From positions 558,001 to 622,000 of the forward strand of contig OZ287067.1 in NCBI GenBank assembly GCA_965645245.1: 64,000 bases of DNA. Direction: 5' to 3'. The notes under the pieces were generated by a model that made no database searches, had not been told where the DNA came from, and worked only from the letters and a program-made list of their open reading frames with translations. Positions 61,530-64,000 of the stretch are shown here, in pieces. This stretch comes from Massalongia carnosa. Taxonomy: Eukaryota. A program made the position numbers and the translations under genes. The stretch's first letter is position 1; every line of letters starts with the position of its first letter.

Positions 61530-64000
61530 TCACATCAAGCCCTGAAACCTCGCCTGGTAAGGCTCCATGCCCCGGGTGATTTCCTCCACGATCTCTGCCG
61601 CATCGCCGACGGTCTGCGCCTCGAAATCGTAACGCTTGGTTTCGCGCTCGCGAAAGATGATGACCTGCGGATGCGACCCAGGGAGAGAGATTAGCTTAAC
61701 GAACATGATTGGTTGCTCGCAATTATACTTCGCCGGCTGAAGAAAACATGCCCGTGGAATATGAGAATGGAAGGAGAACGCGAAAGCGATACGTACGCGA
61801 AAAGTCTTCGGATGCCGGCGACTGACTTTGCAGCCGACAATCATGCTGAATGGGATCCGATTGGTCTTGGCGCTCGTGTCGAACAGTGTTTTGCCCGTTT
61901 CGCTAGGCAAGATGTGCATGTAATCGTCGTCCATGAGCAAAACCCGCTGCTGCGACGGCGTAAAGGACATGGGCTGCTTGCGCACAACGTTGTATTTCTT
62001 GTACTTGGCCGTGCTGCCCCCGAGCAAGTCATGTTTCTGCGCCAGGGGCTGCATCGTGAACGGGTTCCGCTTGCCTTTTTTCGGCGTCTCAGCCGTCAGC
62101 AGCAGCGGTGCATTAGGAGAGCTGCTTCCTGGGGAGCCGGTCACCCCGAGGGCGCCTTCATTTACGAAGCGGCGGCGTACGAGGTCAAGGTCCATGCGCG
62201 TGCCCATGGATTCGACGGTCCGGTCAACGGGCGCGACGGTATTGGTCCCGGTCACTTTTAGGATGTGGTACGCTTTGTCGAGCTTCCAGCGTTTGCACAC
62301 CGTGTCAAGAACTTCGGCAATGTACGTGTCGGTTGTGACTTCGACAGTTGTGATCTGAGTCAACGCCTCGAGACTTGTGAAGTGGATTTTGAGGATCTTG
62401 GCGGGACCTATTCGCGGGGTGGAATGTATAGATTTGCCTGCTTGGCCGGCGGCTGGCTTATTTTTGGCAGTTGTGTAGAATCCCTGCACAGGAGGGCTGG
62501 AGACCTCTTTCTTGTCCTTTGAACCTTTCAGCTGTGGATTTTCATGGATTACTTGCTCCTTGACTGAAGCCACTTGTTGGTCGTATTGGGGCGTTAGAAG
62601 TTGGTTCTCCTTGAATTGAGCCTCCGTCGCCTCAACCAGAGCAAACTCATCGTATGGTTTATCACGTGTCCTCGCTCGAACTGCTCTGTTGTTATTTGAA
62701 GTAAAGTCCATTATGGGTCTAGTCCGGCTCAATGCCGGAAAATCAAAATCAACCTCGTCGTCTTCAATCATCCGCATCGTCCATCGATTCACGTTCAATT
62801 TAGATTCTTGTAAGGGAGGCGCCAGCCCTTCCTCATGATATCGCCAAAGACCCAATCCGATGGCATCAGCAACAATGACCTGAGACTTTTCTTTAGCGCT
62901 TCCATCAGGTGCAAACCTTAGCAGTGGCATGTCGAATGGTTTCGTAGGCGCTTTCGAGAATGGGGCATATATTCTAATGTTGAGCGGATCTAAAGCCCCC
63001 TTTCCAGATAGCCTTGCAAAGGCTTCGATAGGGTTCTTCGGTTTCGATTGCCTCGCTTTAATCGCCTGGCCGAGAAGACTCACTGGCTGGACTGTACTGA
63101 TTGGTCGAGGGGGAGGGAGGGCTTGAAGCATGGCTGATGATGTATTCCGGGGTTTTCTCGGAGAATCGGGGCTTAGTGATAATGCTGGTCGAATATTGGT
63201 TAACGAAGTAAGTGGATCATGACCATCGTCCAGAAGAGAGCCAGAGTCTGCTGGCTCGGCAAATTCTGAAGATAGGCTAGTCCTATCAGAATCTTCTCCA
63301 GAGTCTTCGTCGATTGTATTAGCTATATTACGCGAGACAAGTAGTTCTTCTTCCTTGTGCTTCTGTGTCAAAAGATTATTATCTTTTGCAGCTTTCGTTG
63401 GATTAATCTGCCTTCGCTTGAAAAGCGAAGGATCAATCTCATTTTCAGAAGACATCTCGCTACTCGTTGTTGTGTCGCGCCTCGCGCGTTGCTTGACAGC
63501 CTCAACAGCACCAAGAGATCCTCTCCGCAGCCGTCCTTCTCCAGACCTTCTAGACGGTGAGGTAACTGAAAGCTCAACTCCAGCATTGGTTTTTGAGCCT
63601 CGAATAGGTGATGACCCTGATCTGTCTCGGACCGGCATCTTGGAAAATTTAATCTGCTGAGCAGCCCTTGTACGTTAAGTTTCAAGTCTGCACCTCATCA
63701 GAAGAACGGCCATACCGATGGTTGCCTTCAACATCTTCATCGCTATCATCACTTAAGTCACTACTATCATCCTCCTCCTGTTGCTCGCGTTGGCGTCTTC
63801 GTCTGAGATTTGGTCCTGGTCCAACAGTATCGGTGCTGCCGCGTCCCGTGACCATGCCGCCCTCGTCGTCTTCATCGTTGAATCCTGATGGGGCAAAGCC
63901 AGCGGATCTCGGTGGAGCAGAGAAATAATCTGATGTAATAGCAGTCGGTATTGGAGGGGAATAAGTCCTTTTGATGTCTGCTATATCGGCCGTCCAGCCT
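61530..64000 (-). CDS. AVO1: TORC2 subunit Avo1/Sin1 (CRIM, RBD, PH); 5' end outside the window
   Basis: RAAQQIKFSKMPVR, LPPPRPISTVQPVSLL, RMIEDDEVDFDFPAL, VTTDTYIAEVLD, KKYNVVRKQPMSF, ETKRYDFEA. Introns 63715-63667 and 61796-61665. Confidence 0.94.

Noticed and set aside
61665..61796. Extra 44 aa inside the Avo1 PH domain in the ORF track (and similar at 17695-17796 in GH76)
   Set aside because: Ordinary stop-free introns of 3n length with canonical GT, branch point and AG.

Overview
Gene-dense, intron-containing region of a filamentous ascomycete (Pezizomycotina; GT-AG introns with CTRAC/CTAAC branch points). Recognisable genes in order: TIM23, THADA/Trm732-like (DUF2428), sorting nexin SNX41, GH76 Dcw1/Dfg5, ubiquitin protease UBP12, annexin, tafazzin, NOSIP-like RING protein, a multi-exon STAND-N-terminal-domain gene with a nonsense codon, a conserved hypothetical gene, a MAPEG protein, a fatty-acid dioxygenase-P450 (Ppo/LDS-type) fusion, PFS2, a DGAT1-type MBOAT and AVO1/SIN1 (runs off the window). 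Three decayed DNA transposons (two Tc1-like, one pogo/Fot1) sit in intergenic or divergent-promoter DNA, and there are two gene remnants. Most notable: (1) phased arrays of TACNNNG heptamers (up to 12 in tandem) in promoters and beside the Tc1-like elements, one identical to an element end, possibly accumulated excision footprints; (2) a divergent MAPEG / dioxygenase-P450 pair suggesting an oxylipin module; (3) a likely ACG-initiated, NLS-bearing extension of UBP12; (4) damage confined to the tips of all three transposons. All assignments come from motif recognition by eye; no searches were run.
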